Assembly: GCA_035466435.1 (NCBI GenBank)
Contig: DATIUW010000324.1
Span: 1,208-65,207 of the forward strand
Source: Polyangiales bacterium
Lineage (GTDB): Bacteria; Myxococcota_A; Polyangia; Polyangiales; Houyiibacteriaceae
Direction of reading: 5' to 3'
Length of the DNA stretch: 64,000 nt
The position numbers and the translations under genes were made by a program. The number at the start of each line of letters is the position of its first letter. The stretch's first letter is position 1. Under the pieces are notes generated by a model. The model was given only the letters and a program-made list of their open reading frames with translations. It made no database searches and was not told the origin of the DNA. Below are positions 18,795 through 28,726 of this stretch, one piece after another.

Positions 18795-20069
18795 TTACTC
18801 CCACACCGCTCCGTCCACGACAACCGGCCGACGTGGACGATGGGCAGCTGCTCGTAGAGCGACCTGGGGACCACCGAAACGAAGCATGGGGGTCGTGGCA
18901 ATGCCGCTGTACTGCATGCCGCTCGGGGGCTCACTCGACTCGGGCGCTTCCTGCTCTGCCAGAGGATCGGCGCTGCCGATCCAACCCATGATGTCGTCTA
19001 CGATGGCTGCGGCCGCGTCCGGCCTCCCGTGCTCGCGCGCGGCCCTCGCCATCGCCTGGCGACGGCCGGGATCATCGAGGAGCTCAGAAATCAGGCCGGC
19101 CAAGGCCTCGGCGTCGAGCTCCGATTCCCGAATGCAAATCGCGGCTCCTCGCTCTTCGAGCGCGTTGGCGTTCTTCGCTTGGTGGTCGTCGGCGGCAAAA
19201 GGAAACGGGATCAGCACGGACGGGCGCCCGATCGCACAAACCTCCGCCAGCGTCGTAGCTCCGGCGCGAGCGACGACCAGGGCTGCATTCGAATAGGCCC
19301 GGGCCATCTCGTCGATGAAAGTCACGACCTTGGCCCGAACGCCGAGCTCCCGATACTTCGCCTCGACCTCGTCGCGCATGGACTCTCCGGTCTGGTGCAC
19401 CACCTCGAGGCCGCGGCTCGCGAGCCCTGCACGAGCCAGCGCACGCGGGACCTCTTCGTTGAGCTTGCGGGCACCCTGGGAACCGCCGAGAACGAGCACC
19501 GTACGGGCGCGAGATTCGAAGCCCTCCGGGTCGGCGAGCGCGCGGCGCGCATGCTCGACGAGCTCCTTGCGCACTGGGTTTCCAGTGAGGCGTGATTTGG
19601 CCTCACCGAAGACCTCCTCGGTTTGCTCGAAGCTGATGTAAGCGCGATCGACGAAGCGCGCGAGGATTCGATTGGTCATCCCGACGTACGCATTTTGCTC
19701 GAGCAGTGCAGTCGGCCGGCGCCCGAGCGAAGCAGCCAGCAAGACGGGCCCGGATGCATAGCCCCCGACCCCGAGCACCAAGTCGGGATCGAAGTCGCGA
19801 ATGAGCGACCCGGCGTCCTTCATCGCGCCGGGAATTCGTGCGAGGCCTTTGAGACGCGCCCCGACGCCTTGGCCCTTGAGGGGTGTGACCTTCAGAAGAT
19901 CCAGCTGCTCGCCGCGCGCTGGCAGAACGCGGGCCTCGATCCCTCGTGCGGTGCCAATGAACCTCACTTGCAGACCTGGAACCCTGCGGCGCAGCTCTTC
20001 GACCACCGCGAGCCCAGGAAACAGGTGCCCGCCAGTCCCGCCGCCTGCGACCATGACGCGTTCGATCAT
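18795..20069 (-). CDS. murG: UDP-N-acetylglucosamine--N-acetylmuramyl-(pentapeptide) pyrophosphoryl-undecaprenol GlcNAc transferase, with ~60-aa C-terminal tail
   Basis: ATG at 20069 ('MIERVMVAGGGTGGHLFPGLAV') overlaps the ftsW stop (ATGA). The rest of the 924-aa track ORF is out-of-frame read-through of ftsW/murD. Confidence 0.93.
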   Translation of the reverse strand: MIERVMVAGGGTGGHLFPGLAVVEELRRRVPGLQVRFIGTARGIEARVLPARGEQLDLLKVTPLKGQGVGARLKGLARIPGAMKDAGSLIRDFDPDLVLGVGGYASGPVLLAASLGRRPTALLEQNAYVGMTNRILARFVDRAYISFEQTEEVFGEAKSRLTGNPVRKELVEHARRALADPEGFESRARTVLVLGGSQGARKLNEEVPRALARAGLASRGLEVVHQTGESMRDEVEAKYRELGVRAKVVTFIDEMARAYSNAALVVARAGATTLAEVCAIGRPSVLIPFPFAADDHQAKNANALEERGAAICIRESELDAEALAGLISELLDDPGRRQAMARAAREHGRPDAAAAIVDDIMGWIGSADPLAEQEAPESSEPPSGMQYSGIATTPMLRFGGPQVALRAAAHRPRRPVVVDGAVWE

Positions 20070-21265
20070 CGTGCACCTCCTCTTGCGGCTTGTAGCCGCG
20101 GCTGGGCGCGTTCCGACGCAGCGCTCGCATCCGCCTTTTCGATCGGGGACACTCCGAAGCGCGTGATGTTGAGGATCATCCCGGCGGCTGCGGCATTGAC
20201 CACCAATGACGACCCACCATAGCTGACGAATGGAAGCGCGAGCCCCTTGGTGGGCAAGAGACCCATGGCCACCGCGAGATTCGTGAAGGCCTGCAAACCG
20301 ATGAACAAGGTCATGCCTGCGGCGAGATAGGCTGCGTACTCGTCCTGCACGCGCCACGCGGCGCGCAAACCACGAAGCACGACCCAGGCAAACGCGAGAC
20401 ATAGAAGGGCAACGCCGACGAACCCGAGCTCCTCGCCGATGATCGCACTGATGAAGTCGGTATGGGCCTCGGGAAGGAACAAGAGCTTTTGCCGGCCGTC
20501 GCCGAGCCCGACTCCAGTCCAGCCGCCGGAACCGAAGCTCATGAGCGATTCCGTGATCTGGTAGCCGGCACCCTGGCGATGCTCGAAGGGCTCGAGGAAG
20601 GCCGTGATCCGGCGCATCCTGTAAGGCGATGAGGCGATGGCCGCATATCCCACCGGGAGCGCCAGCATGATCGCCCCGAGCAGATAGCCGGCCCTCGCTC
20701 CTGCCGCGAAGAGAACGACGAACGTGAGCAGCGCGATCATCACTGCGCTTCCAAAGTCCGGTTGGGCCAAGCAGAGGAGCATTAACAGACCGGCGACGAT
20801 CACGTGAGGGAGAAACCCAATCGAAAAAGTCCGAACACGGTGTGCCTTCTTGGCGAGCGAATGGGCCAACCACAGGATCATGGCGAGCTTGGCGAGCTCC
20901 GCAGGCTGTATGTTGACCGGGCCGATCGCGATCCAGCGGCTGGCGCCTCCTGCGCTTCGTCCGAAGCCGAGCGCCACGGCGAGCATCAGCAGAACCGCCA
21001 TCAACAACACCGGATAGGTGCAACGCCGCAACCACTCGATGTCGATCCGAGCAAACACGAAGAGCGTTAGGAATGCGATGGCAGCAAAAATCGATTGGCG
21101 AACGAGGAAGTGGTAACCGTTCCCGAACATGTTGCCGGCGTACACGGCGCTTGCGCTGTAGACCATCACCACTCCGAAAGCGATCAGGCCGACGAGCGTG
21201 GCTCCCAGCGTGACGTCGACCGGCCCCGGCTCCATCCGCGGCGATGGTTTCGAGGAGCGTGTCAT
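20066..21265 (-). CDS. ftsW: Lipid II flippase/peptidoglycan glycosyltransferase FtsW (SEDS family)
   Basis: ATG at 21265 overlaps the murD TGA. The product is a polytopic membrane protein with 'PEAHTDFI' and 'LPFVSYGGSS' SEDS motifs. Confidence 0.93.
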   Translation of the reverse strand: MTRSSKPSPRMEPGPVDVTLGATLVGLIAFGVVMVYSASAVYAGNMFGNGYHFLVRQSIFAAIAFLTLFVFARIDIEWLRRCTYPVLLMAVLLMLAVALGFGRSAGGASRWIAIGPVNIQPAELAKLAMILWLAHSLAKKAHRVRTFSIGFLPHVIVAGLLMLLCLAQPDFGSAVMIALLTFVVLFAAGARAGYLLGAIMLALPVGYAAIASSPYRMRRITAFLEPFEHRQGAGYQITESLMSFGSGGWTGVGLGDGRQKLLFLPEAHTDFISAIIGEELGFVGVALLCLAFAWVVLRGLRAAWRVQDEYAAYLAAGMTLFIGLQAFTNLAVAMGLLPTKGLALPFVSYGGSSLVVNAAAAGMILNITRFGVSPIEKADASAASERAQPRLQAARGGAR

Positions 21266-22620
21266 GATTTTCCTCCCAGCTCTCCGACTTCCCGTTGAAA
21301 CACGTCGCCGCGCTCTGCATAGGAGCGGAACATGTCGAAGCTCGAACACGCAGGAGCAAGAAGCACCGTGTCGCCCGGGCGCGCCAAACGCGCGGACTGG
21401 GCGACCGCTTCACCCATGGTGCGAGCACGCCGGACCTCGATTGCCGAGCCCTCGAAGGCTCGTTCCAGCAGCGGCGCGGCCTCGCCGATGACGACCATCG
21501 CCCTTCCCGCTCGGTCCATCCGTTCGCGAAGCGGCTGGTAGCTCCCACCCTTGTCGACGCCCCCCGCAATCAGGATGATCTTGCCGTCCGAGTCGGCGAG
21601 GCCGTCGATGGAGGCCACGGTCGCACCGACGTTGGTCGCTTTGGAGTCGTCGATGTAGTCCACTCCTTCGATCGAGCGGACGTGTTGCATTCGATGAGGC
21701 AGGCCGCCGAACTCGCGCAGCACGGATGCAATGTCCTCGACGGAGGCACCCAGCAAACGCGCCGTCAGCGCCGCCGCACAGGCATTGGACGCGTTGTGGG
21801 AGCCGCGAATTCGAACTTGCTCGAGCGGCACGCGAAGCGAGGTCTTGGTGTCCGTCAGGACGCCGTCTACGATGCGAACTTCTCCGTCTGCTCCGCCGAA
21901 GCACGCGAGCGTCCCTCGACCATGCACGAGCTGGCGCAGCCCGGGATCATCTGCCGGAAGAACCGCGTAGTCCCGAGGTTCTTGACGCTCGAAGATGCGC
22001 CCTTTTGCCGCAGCGTACGCCTCGGCGGATTCGTAGCGATCGAGATGATCCGGGCTCAAGTTGAGCAGAACGGCAACGTGCGCTTTCATCTGCGCTACCC
22101 GCTCCAGTTGAAAGCTCGAGAGCTCGACCACGACGAGGCCGGACGCCGTCGCAGCATCGGTTCCGACGGCCTCGATCATGGGACGGCCGAGGTTGCCCCC
22201 CACGAACAGCGGCCGGCCGAGACCGCCGCACATCCGACCGATCATGGTCGTCACCGTGCTCTTGCCGTTCGTCCCGGTGATGCCCACGATCGGCGCTTCG
22301 ATGAAGCGAGCCGCCAGCTCGACCTCGCTGATCACCGCAACGCCTCGGCTCTCGGCGTCATCCAGCTCGGGCAGGGGTGGCACCCCGGGCGAGACCGCAA
22401 TCAGGTCCAATCCTTCGAAGGCGCTTGGCGGATGACCACCGAGCACGAGCTCCGCACCGAGCTCGGCCGCCTCCGCCGCCGCTGCGCCAAGCAGATCTCG
22501 AGCCCTCTTGTCGTTGACTCGGATTCGCGCCCCCTGTCCAGCGAGAAAGCGCACCATCGCCAACCCGCTCTCGCCCAGTCCGACCACCATCACACTCTTT
22601 CCCGACAGATCCACGGTCAC
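21262..22620 (-). CDS. murD: UDP-N-acetylmuramoylalanine--D-glutamate ligase
   Basis: GTG start overlaps the mraY stop (GTGA). 'VVGLGESG' and 'GITGTNGKST' are present. Confidence 0.95.
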   Translation of the reverse strand: MTVDLSGKSVMVVGLGESGLAMVRFLAGQGARIRVNDKRARDLLGAAAAEAAELGAELVLGGHPPSAFEGLDLIAVSPGVPPLPELDDAESRGVAVISEVELAARFIEAPIVGITGTNGKSTVTTMIGRMCGGLGRPLFVGGNLGRPMIEAVGTDAATASGLVVVELSSFQLERVAQMKAHVAVLLNLSPDHLDRYESAEAYAAAKGRIFERQEPRDYAVLPADDPGLRQLVHGRGTLACFGGADGEVRIVDGVLTDTKTSLRVPLEQVRIRGSHNASNACAAALTARLLGASVEDIASVLREFGGLPHRMQHVRSIEGVDYIDDSKATNVGATVASIDGLADSDGKIILIAGGVDKGGSYQPLRERMDRAGRAMVVIGEAAPLLERAFEGSAIEVRRARTMGEAVAQSARLARPGDTVLLAPACSSFDMFRSYAERGDVFQREVGELGGKS

Positions 22621-23744
22621 CTCAACTTCAACGTGGCCAAGCTGAAGACAGCCAGCATGATGGCGATGATCCAGAAACGAACGATGACGCGTGGCTCGGG
22701 CCAGCCTTTCTTTTCGAAGTGATGGTGACTCGGCGCCATCAAAAAGATGCGGCGACCGGTGAAGCGGAAGTAGCCCACCTGCAGGATCACACTGACCGCT
22801 TCCACGACGAAAATGCCGCCGAGAATCGCGGACAAGAGCTCGTTCTTGGTCAACACCGCAAGCGCGCCGAGTCCACCGCCGAGCGCGAGTGAGCCGACGT
22901 CACCCATGAAGACCTGAGCCGGATAGGTGTTGTACCAAAGAAACCCGAAACCCACGCCGACGACGGATGCAGCGAAGATGCTGAGCTCGCCGGCGCTCTC
23001 GATGTGGGGAATGTCCAGGTAGTCGGCGACGACGTTGCCGAACAAAGTCAGGCCTGCGAGGTAGGCCAGGATGGCGTAGGTGCCCGCCGAGATCATCACG
23101 GGTCCGATGGCCAGCCCATCGAGCCCATCCGTCAGATTGACCGCGTTGGATGTCGCCACGATCACGAAGGAGGCGAAGATCACGTAGAGCCAGGCCGGAA
23201 GCTCGATCGGGTACTTGGAAAACGCGAAGAATGGAGCCGCCAGGCGGTGGCGAATTTCGAGCCAGTCGCTCGGAAGCCCCGATTCCCCGTAGAACAGCCA
23301 GCTGCACACGAGAATCGCCGTCGCGAACTGCAGCAAGAGCTTGTACCGGCCCGCGAGGCCGCCCGTCGAGCGGGTGCGGATCTTCGAGGTGTCGTCGATG
23401 TATCCGACCACCCCGTACGCGACCGTGACGAGCGTCACCACCCAGACCATCGAATTGGAGGGGTCGGCCCACAACACCGTGGACAAAACCAGCGCAAGCA
23501 ACATCAACGCGCCACCCATGGTCGGCGTGCCCGCTTTGGAAAAGTGCGTCTCCGGACCGTCGGCGCGGACTATTTGGCCGATCTGCTTGCGCTGCAGCCG
23601 GCGGATGAACCACGGATAAAGGCCGAAGCTGAGCAGGAGCGACGTCATGGTCGCCATCAACAGACGGAAGGGCACGTACCGCAGTACGTTGAGGAACGAA
23701 AGCGATTCGTGGGTATGCAAGGGATAGAGCAGGTAGTAGATCAT
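22617..23744 (-). CDS. mraY: Phospho-N-acetylmuramoyl-pentapeptide transferase
   Basis: ATG at 23744 ('MIYYLLYPL') overlaps the murF TGA. 'GTPTMGG', 'NAVNLTDGLDGLA' and 'MGDVGSLALGG' are present. Confidence 0.95.
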   Translation of the reverse strand: MIYYLLYPLHTHESLSFLNVLRYVPFRLLMATMTSLLLSFGLYPWFIRRLQRKQIGQIVRADGPETHFSKAGTPTMGGALMLLALVLSTVLWADPSNSMVWVVTLVTVAYGVVGYIDDTSKIRTRSTGGLAGRYKLLLQFATAILVCSWLFYGESGLPSDWLEIRHRLAAPFFAFSKYPIELPAWLYVIFASFVIVATSNAVNLTDGLDGLAIGPVMISAGTYAILAYLAGLTLFGNVVADYLDIPHIESAGELSIFAASVVGVGFGFLWYNTYPAQVFMGDVGSLALGGGLGALAVLTKNELLSAILGGIFVVEAVSVILQVGYFRFTGRRIFLMAPSHHHFEKKGWPEPRVIVRFWIIAIMLAVFSLATLKLR

Positions 23745-25150
23745 CGGCTCTGCCCTTCCAGCAGCGGATCGACGACGCGCTCCATCTCCATGGATCGGGA
23801 TCCCTTGATCAGAACGACGGAGTGCAGGGGAAGTCGATCGATGATCTGGCCGCAGTCGGCGGCCCGTTCGAACCACAGCGTGTCGGTCCCTCGCTCGTTT
23901 GCGGCGGCCACCGCTGCGTGCATCGCTTCGCCCACACCGATGAACAGGAACACGTCGTTGCTCGCGACCAGCTCCCCCACCTTCCGGTGGGCTTCCTCGC
24001 TGTGCGTCCCGAGCTCCTTCATGTCGCCGAGAACGACGATCAGAGGGGCGTCGCGCTTCTGCGCAATCGCACGCGTCGCTTCGAGCGCCACTTTCATGGA
24101 TGCGGGGTTGGCGTTGTAGGTATCGTCGATGAGCAGACGGTCGCCAAGAGCCGGTTTGGGTTGCATTCGACCGGGCGGGGACTCGACTTCTGCAATGCCG
24201 CGAGCCGCATCTTCGATGGACGCGCCGAGACCGAGAATGATGGCGAGCGCTCCAGCAGCGTTGAGCACGGCGCCCTCCCCGAGCAGGCCCATGTGGATCT
24301 CGACATCTTTGCCGCGAACCTGGAAGTGCGCGCTCGTGCCGGTCGAGTCGACCGTCCAGTCCAAGACCCGAACGTCGTTCTCGGCGGCGACGCCGTAGAA
24401 GATCTTTCGCTTGGCTCGAACGACCGATGCACGCTTCTTCACGGGCGCGTCGTCGCCGTACGCGACCGCCACACCATCCGGAGCGAGGGCCTGTAGGAGC
24501 GAGACTTTTTCGTCGGCCACCGCTTCGACCGATCCGAGCCCTTGCGTGTGTGCGAGGCTGGCGCGCGTGACGATCGCGACGTCTGGCGCGCCGATCTCCG
24601 CCAAGCGCGCGATTTCGCCGGGCTGGCTGGTGCCCATCTCGATGACCGCCACGTCGACCGAATCGTCCAGCTCGAAAAGCGTCATCGGCACCCCGATGCG
24701 ATTGTTGAGATTTCCCGTCGTGGCGAGCACGCGATGACCCCCCGCCCTCAGCGCGCGGGTCAGCAGCTCCTTGGTAGTGGTCTTTCCAACCGAGCCAGTG
24801 ATGGCGATGAGCTTGCCGTTCCACGCGTTCCGGTGCGCTTTCGCCAGCTCCCCGAGCGCATGGAGCGTGTCGTCCACTTCGATCGCGCTCACCTGCGCAG
24901 GAAGAGGTGTCCCCGCCTCCACCATGATGGCCGCCGCCCCAGCCTCGAATGCTCGGACGGCAAACTGGTGCGCGTCGAAGTGCTCGCCACGCAGCGCCAC
25001 GAAGAGGTTGCCAGGCTGCACTTCGCGCGAATCGGTGACGACGCCACAGACCTCCTCCCATGCAGGTCCGCGAAGGACGCCTTGGGTCGCAGAGACGACC
25101 TCATCAGCGCGAAATCGGGCATGGTTCGTGGGGATGCGCGTGGCCATCAC
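23741..25150 (-). CDS. murF: UDP-N-acetylmuramoyl-tripeptide--D-alanyl-D-alanine ligase
   Basis: 'ITGSVGKTTTKE' and 'DDTYNANP' are present. The start is GTG 25150 or ATG 25147, both inside the GTGATG junction with the murE stop. Confidence 0.95.
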   Translation of the reverse strand: MMATRIPTNHARFRADEVVSATQGVLRGPAWEEVCGVVTDSREVQPGNLFVALRGEHFDAHQFAVRAFEAGAAAIMVEAGTPLPAQVSAIEVDDTLHALGELAKAHRNAWNGKLIAITGSVGKTTTKELLTRALRAGGHRVLATTGNLNNRIGVPMTLFELDDSVDVAVIEMGTSQPGEIARLAEIGAPDVAIVTRASLAHTQGLGSVEAVADEKVSLLQALAPDGVAVAYGDDAPVKKRASVVRAKRKIFYGVAAENDVRVLDWTVDSTGTSAHFQVRGKDVEIHMGLLGEGAVLNAAGALAIILGLGASIEDAARGIAEVESPPGRMQPKPALGDRLLIDDTYNANPASMKVALEATRAIAQKRDAPLIVVLGDMKELGTHSEEAHRKVGELVASNDVFLFIGVGEAMHAAVAAANERGTDTLWFERAADCGQIIDRLPLHSVVLIKGSRSMEMERVVDPLLEGQSR

Positions 25151-26649
25151 GCACCTCCCAAGAGCGCGTCGATGGCAGCGCGAGCTTCTCTTCGATCATC
25201 GAATGCCGTGCGTTCCGTTCCGATGATCTGGTATGTTTCGTGGCCTTTTCCGGCGACGAGCACCGTGTCTCCGGGCACGGCTGCGCGGATGGCGCACCGA
25301 ATGGCATCTCTCCGGTCGACCAACAGACAATAGCCTCGGCTCGCAGCGTCGACATCGGAAGGGTCGATTCGAGTCGCGCCAGCCTGCTGCACACCAACTT
25401 CGACTTGCTCCAGAATACGAACGGGGTCCTCGCTCCGTGGGTTGTCACTGGTGAGCACGCAGAGATCCGCGCCTTCCGCAGCGACCCGACCCATCTCGGG
25501 TCGCTTGCCTTTGTCCCGATCCCCTCCGGCGCCGAACACGACGATCAAGCGGTTCGGCGTGATGGCGCGCATCGTTTCGAGCACCCGTCTGAGCGCGTCG
25601 GGTGTATGGGCATAGTCGACGATCACTGCGACGTCGTTGGGATGCGGCACCTGCTCCAGTCGTCCCGGGCTGCCGCCGGCGGTGCGCCAGGCCGCGGCCA
25701 CCGCATGCAGATCCAGCCCAAGCGCGTAGGCGCACCCCAGAGCCACGAGCAGGTTCTCGAGATTGTGCTCGCCCAGCATCGGGCTCTTCAGCTTCAACGG
25801 GCCTTCTGGCGTTTCGACGTCGGCCTCGATTCCTTCCCGCTTCGCGGACCAGGTACGCGCACGGATTTCGGCGTCGCTTCCCGAGTGGCGCGAGCATCGA
25901 ATGACGCCTGTCGATAGCTGCTGCGCGAGGCGAGCGCCGAATGGATCGTCCACGTTGATCACCGCGGAAGCAGGCGCAAGCTCGGTGAAGAGCCTCGACT
26001 TGGCTTCGAAGTAGGCTTCGAGGGTTCCGTGGAAGTCCAGATGATCGCGCGACAAATTGGTGAATGCCGCAACTTCGAAGGACAAGGCGTCGACCCGACG
26101 CAGGGCAAGTCCGTGGCTCGACACCTCGAGCACCAAGTGTGTCGCTCCGTCATCGAGCGCTTCTCGTGCAAACCGCGAGATGTCGTCCGCCTCGGGCGTC
26201 GTGTGGAGCGATGCGCGTTCCACGTCACCGTGAACCAATCCTGCCGTACCAACGAGTGCAGCGCTCCCCCGGCTCGAGTCGATGGCTCGTTTCAAGAGAT
26301 AGACCGTCGTCGTCTTGCCGTTGGTGCCGGTGATGCCCACCGTGTGCAGGACACGCGTTGGTGAGCCGTACACCAGCTCCGCCGCGCGACCGAGGCCGAG
26401 ACGCGCGTCGGTCACGGTGAGCTGAGGGACGTCGTGAGGCAGCCGCTGCTCCGCCATGATCGCGGCGGCGCCTCGGGACAGTGCGTCGTCGACGAAACGA
26501 GCCCCATCGTAGGATGCACCCCGCATTGCGACGAAGAGATCGCCGGGGCGCACCTGCCTCGAGTCGTGCTGCACGCCGGTCACCAGCGCTTCCGCCGACC
26601 CTGAAATCCGGCCTTCGAGGCCGCTGCTTCGTAACTCCGCGAGAGTCAT
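25147..26649 (-). CDS. murE: UDP-N-acetylmuramoyl-L-alanyl-D-glutamate--2,6-diaminopimelate ligase
   Basis: 'GITGTNGKTT' is present, and 'DNPRSEDP' is the DAP-type determinant. I chose the ATG at 26649 ('MTLAELRS'). An alternative ATG at 26673 would overlap ftsI by 11 nt. Confidence 0.9.
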   Translation of the reverse strand: MTLAELRSSGLEGRISGSAEALVTGVQHDSRQVRPGDLFVAMRGASYDGARFVDDALSRGAAAIMAEQRLPHDVPQLTVTDARLGLGRAAELVYGSPTRVLHTVGITGTNGKTTTVYLLKRAIDSSRGSAALVGTAGLVHGDVERASLHTTPEADDISRFAREALDDGATHLVLEVSSHGLALRRVDALSFEVAAFTNLSRDHLDFHGTLEAYFEAKSRLFTELAPASAVINVDDPFGARLAQQLSTGVIRCSRHSGSDAEIRARTWSAKREGIEADVETPEGPLKLKSPMLGEHNLENLLVALGCAYALGLDLHAVAAAWRTAGGSPGRLEQVPHPNDVAVIVDYAHTPDALRRVLETMRAITPNRLIVVFGAGGDRDKGKRPEMGRVAAEGADLCVLTSDNPRSEDPVRILEQVEVGVQQAGATRIDPSDVDAASRGYCLLVDRRDAIRCAIRAAVPGDTVLVAGKGHETYQIIGTERTAFDDRREARAAIDALLGGA

Positions 26650-26662
26650 GCCTCGTTTCCAA

Positions 26663-28726
26663 TCAGGGGGCATGCGGCCTCCGTGACACCGCAGCCGTGA
26701 GCGTCGGCGACCCCTGGGCTGGAGCCGAGGTGTCGAAGCGACGCCTCTCGAGTCGAAGACGCACGACGGCGCCATGAGGGATGGCTTTTCCTGGAGCCGG
26801 ATCCTGCGCGACCACGATCCCCGAGCCGGAAACCTCCGGCACCAAGGATTTCGCATGCAGCGCGATCACGGCCTGACGAAGCGGCAGCGATCTCACGTCG
26901 GGCACTGCGCTTTCACCGTGCTCGACCTCGGCATCTTCGGGCTCTGCCTCGACCTGCGCGACCGGCGCTTGCACCTCTTGTCTTTTCTTGGGCACGATCG
27001 GCTCTTGGCGGCCCGCGGGCGCAATACCGAGATGGCGCAGCGTGACCTCCGCAATGCGGCGAAACACGGGACCGGCGACGGTTCCTCCGTAGTGAGCGAT
27101 GACCGGCTCGTCGATGACCACCGAGATGACCACCGCCGGACGGTCGGCTGGCACGAATCCGATGAACGATGCCAGCCATTGATCCTTGGCGTAGCCGCCA
27201 CGCTCATAGTCGGCTTTTTGGGCGGTGCCCGTCTTGCCCGCGACCAGATAGCCGTCGACTGCAGCCTCCATGGCAGTGCCGCCCGGTTCGGTGACCGCCG
27301 TCAGCATCTGTGCGATCAGCTTCGCGATCCTCCGGGGTACGACCTGGCGTCGAACCCTCGGCTTCACCTCTTCGATGGTTGCACCGTGGCCGTCGGTCAT
27401 GCGGCGCAGCAACATCGGCTGCATCAACTGGCCGCCGTTGGCAATCGCGCTCATGGCCGTTGCCAACTGGACGTTCGTCACGCTCATGCCCTGACCGAAC
27501 GACACCGCCGCAGTGTCGATGTCGTACCACCGCCGATAGTGTCGAAGAATGCCGGCAGTTTCTCCGGGAATGCCGAGGCCGGTCGGCTCTCCGAAACCGA
27601 AGCGGCGGAACGCGCGATAGAGCTCCTTCTTTCCGAGCTCGAGCGCTATCTTGGCGGTGCCGATGTTGCTCGAATGGGCCAGAACCTGCGTAGGCGTCAA
27701 CCATTCATACGGGTGTGCGTCATGAAGGCGCCTCCCGCCGATGCGCGCAACGCCGTTTTCGCAATTGATCGACTGATTGGGCTTCACGGTGCCCGCGGTC
27801 AATGCCGCTGCCATGGTGAAGGGCTTGATCGTCGATCCGGGCTCGAAGCGGTCCACCATGGCTCGGTTTCGGCGGTGCGCCGTCGGATGCTTCGAAGGCT
27901 CGTTTGGATTGAAGGGAGGATAGTTTGCAAGCGCGAGGATTTCGCCCGTGGAGGGGTCCATGACCACCACGCTTCCCCCCCGCGCCTCGAACGTACGGAC
28001 GCCCAGCGCCAGCTCACGCTCGGCCACGTGTTGGATCGCTTTGTCGATGGTGAGCACGACGTTTTGCCCCTGCATTGAGCGATCGTCCTCGAGGTCATCG
28101 GCGAAAACGACTTGACCGCGACGATCGCGAATGGCGGCCACACGGCGATCGGAGCCGCGAAGCCGTTCTTCGTAGGCGAGCTCGATCCCTTCGATGCCTC
28201 GGCCGTCGATGTCTGCAAAGCCCAATAGATGCGCAGCGAGATGGCGGTTTGGGTAGTAGCGTCGCGCTTCGGTCGTCAGCTCGACGCCGGGAATCTCCAT
28301 CTCGCGGACGCGCGTCGCTTCGTGCGGGGTGACGCGTCGCTTGATCCATACGAAATAGCGGTTGGATGCGAGGCGCTTCGTCAGCTTGGCAGCGTCGACG
28401 TCCAGGATCTTCGAGAGGCGCCGTGCGACGGCGTTCGGATCTTGGTCCATCGCCTTGAGCCGGCGCGGATTCGCATAGACGCTATCCACGTCGGCGCTCA
28501 CTGCCAGCTCCGCTCCGTGACGGTCGTAGATGGCTCCACGTCGCGGCGAAACGCGAAGCTCGCGAAGGTGCTGTCCCTCGGCCATTTCCCTCAAGTGGTC
28601 CCCAGTTGCGACTTGAAGGTGGAAGGCTCTCACGATGACGACTGCGGCCATGGCCATGAGGCCCAGACCCAACAGCGCGAGGCGAGCGCGAAACCACCGC
28701 TCACGCCGATTGGAGCGTGCCTTCAC
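26663..28726 (-). CDS. ftsI: Peptidoglycan D,D-transpeptidase FtsI (class B PBP) with C-terminal PASTA-like domain
   Basis: The GTG start overlaps the ftsL stop. Has an N-terminal TM helix and the motifs 'STIKP', 'SSN' and 'KTGT', plus a C-terminal 'VPDVRSLPLRQAVIALHAKSLVPEVSGSGIVVAQDPAPG'. Confidence 0.93.
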   Translation of the reverse strand: MKARSNRRERWFRARLALLGLGLMAMAAVVIVRAFHLQVATGDHLREMAEGQHLRELRVSPRRGAIYDRHGAELAVSADVDSVYANPRRLKAMDQDPNAVARRLSKILDVDAAKLTKRLASNRYFVWIKRRVTPHEATRVREMEIPGVELTTEARRYYPNRHLAAHLLGFADIDGRGIEGIELAYEERLRGSDRRVAAIRDRRGQVVFADDLEDDRSMQGQNVVLTIDKAIQHVAERELALGVRTFEARGGSVVVMDPSTGEILALANYPPFNPNEPSKHPTAHRRNRAMVDRFEPGSTIKPFTMAAALTAGTVKPNQSINCENGVARIGGRRLHDAHPYEWLTPTQVLAHSSNIGTAKIALELGKKELYRAFRRFGFGEPTGLGIPGETAGILRHYRRWYDIDTAAVSFGQGMSVTNVQLATAMSAIANGGQLMQPMLLRRMTDGHGATIEEVKPRVRRQVVPRRIAKLIAQMLTAVTEPGGTAMEAAVDGYLVAGKTGTAQKADYERGGYAKDQWLASFIGFVPADRPAVVISVVIDEPVIAHYGGTVAGPVFRRIAEVTLRHLGIAPAGRQEPIVPKKRQEVQAPVAQVEAEPEDAEVEHGESAVPDVRSLPLRQAVIALHAKSLVPEVSGSGIVVAQDPAPGKAIPHGAVVRLRLERRRFDTSAPAQGSPTLTAAVSRRPHAP

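Noticed and set aside
18795-21569. 924-aa track ORF spanning murG, ftsW and part of murD
   Set aside because: Only the C-terminal 424 aa (from ATG 20069) is MurG. The upstream part is an out-of-frame read-through of ftsW/murD with Arg-rich nonsense composition. The 814-aa ORF 22617..25061 (mraY plus out-of-frame murF) fails for the same reason.
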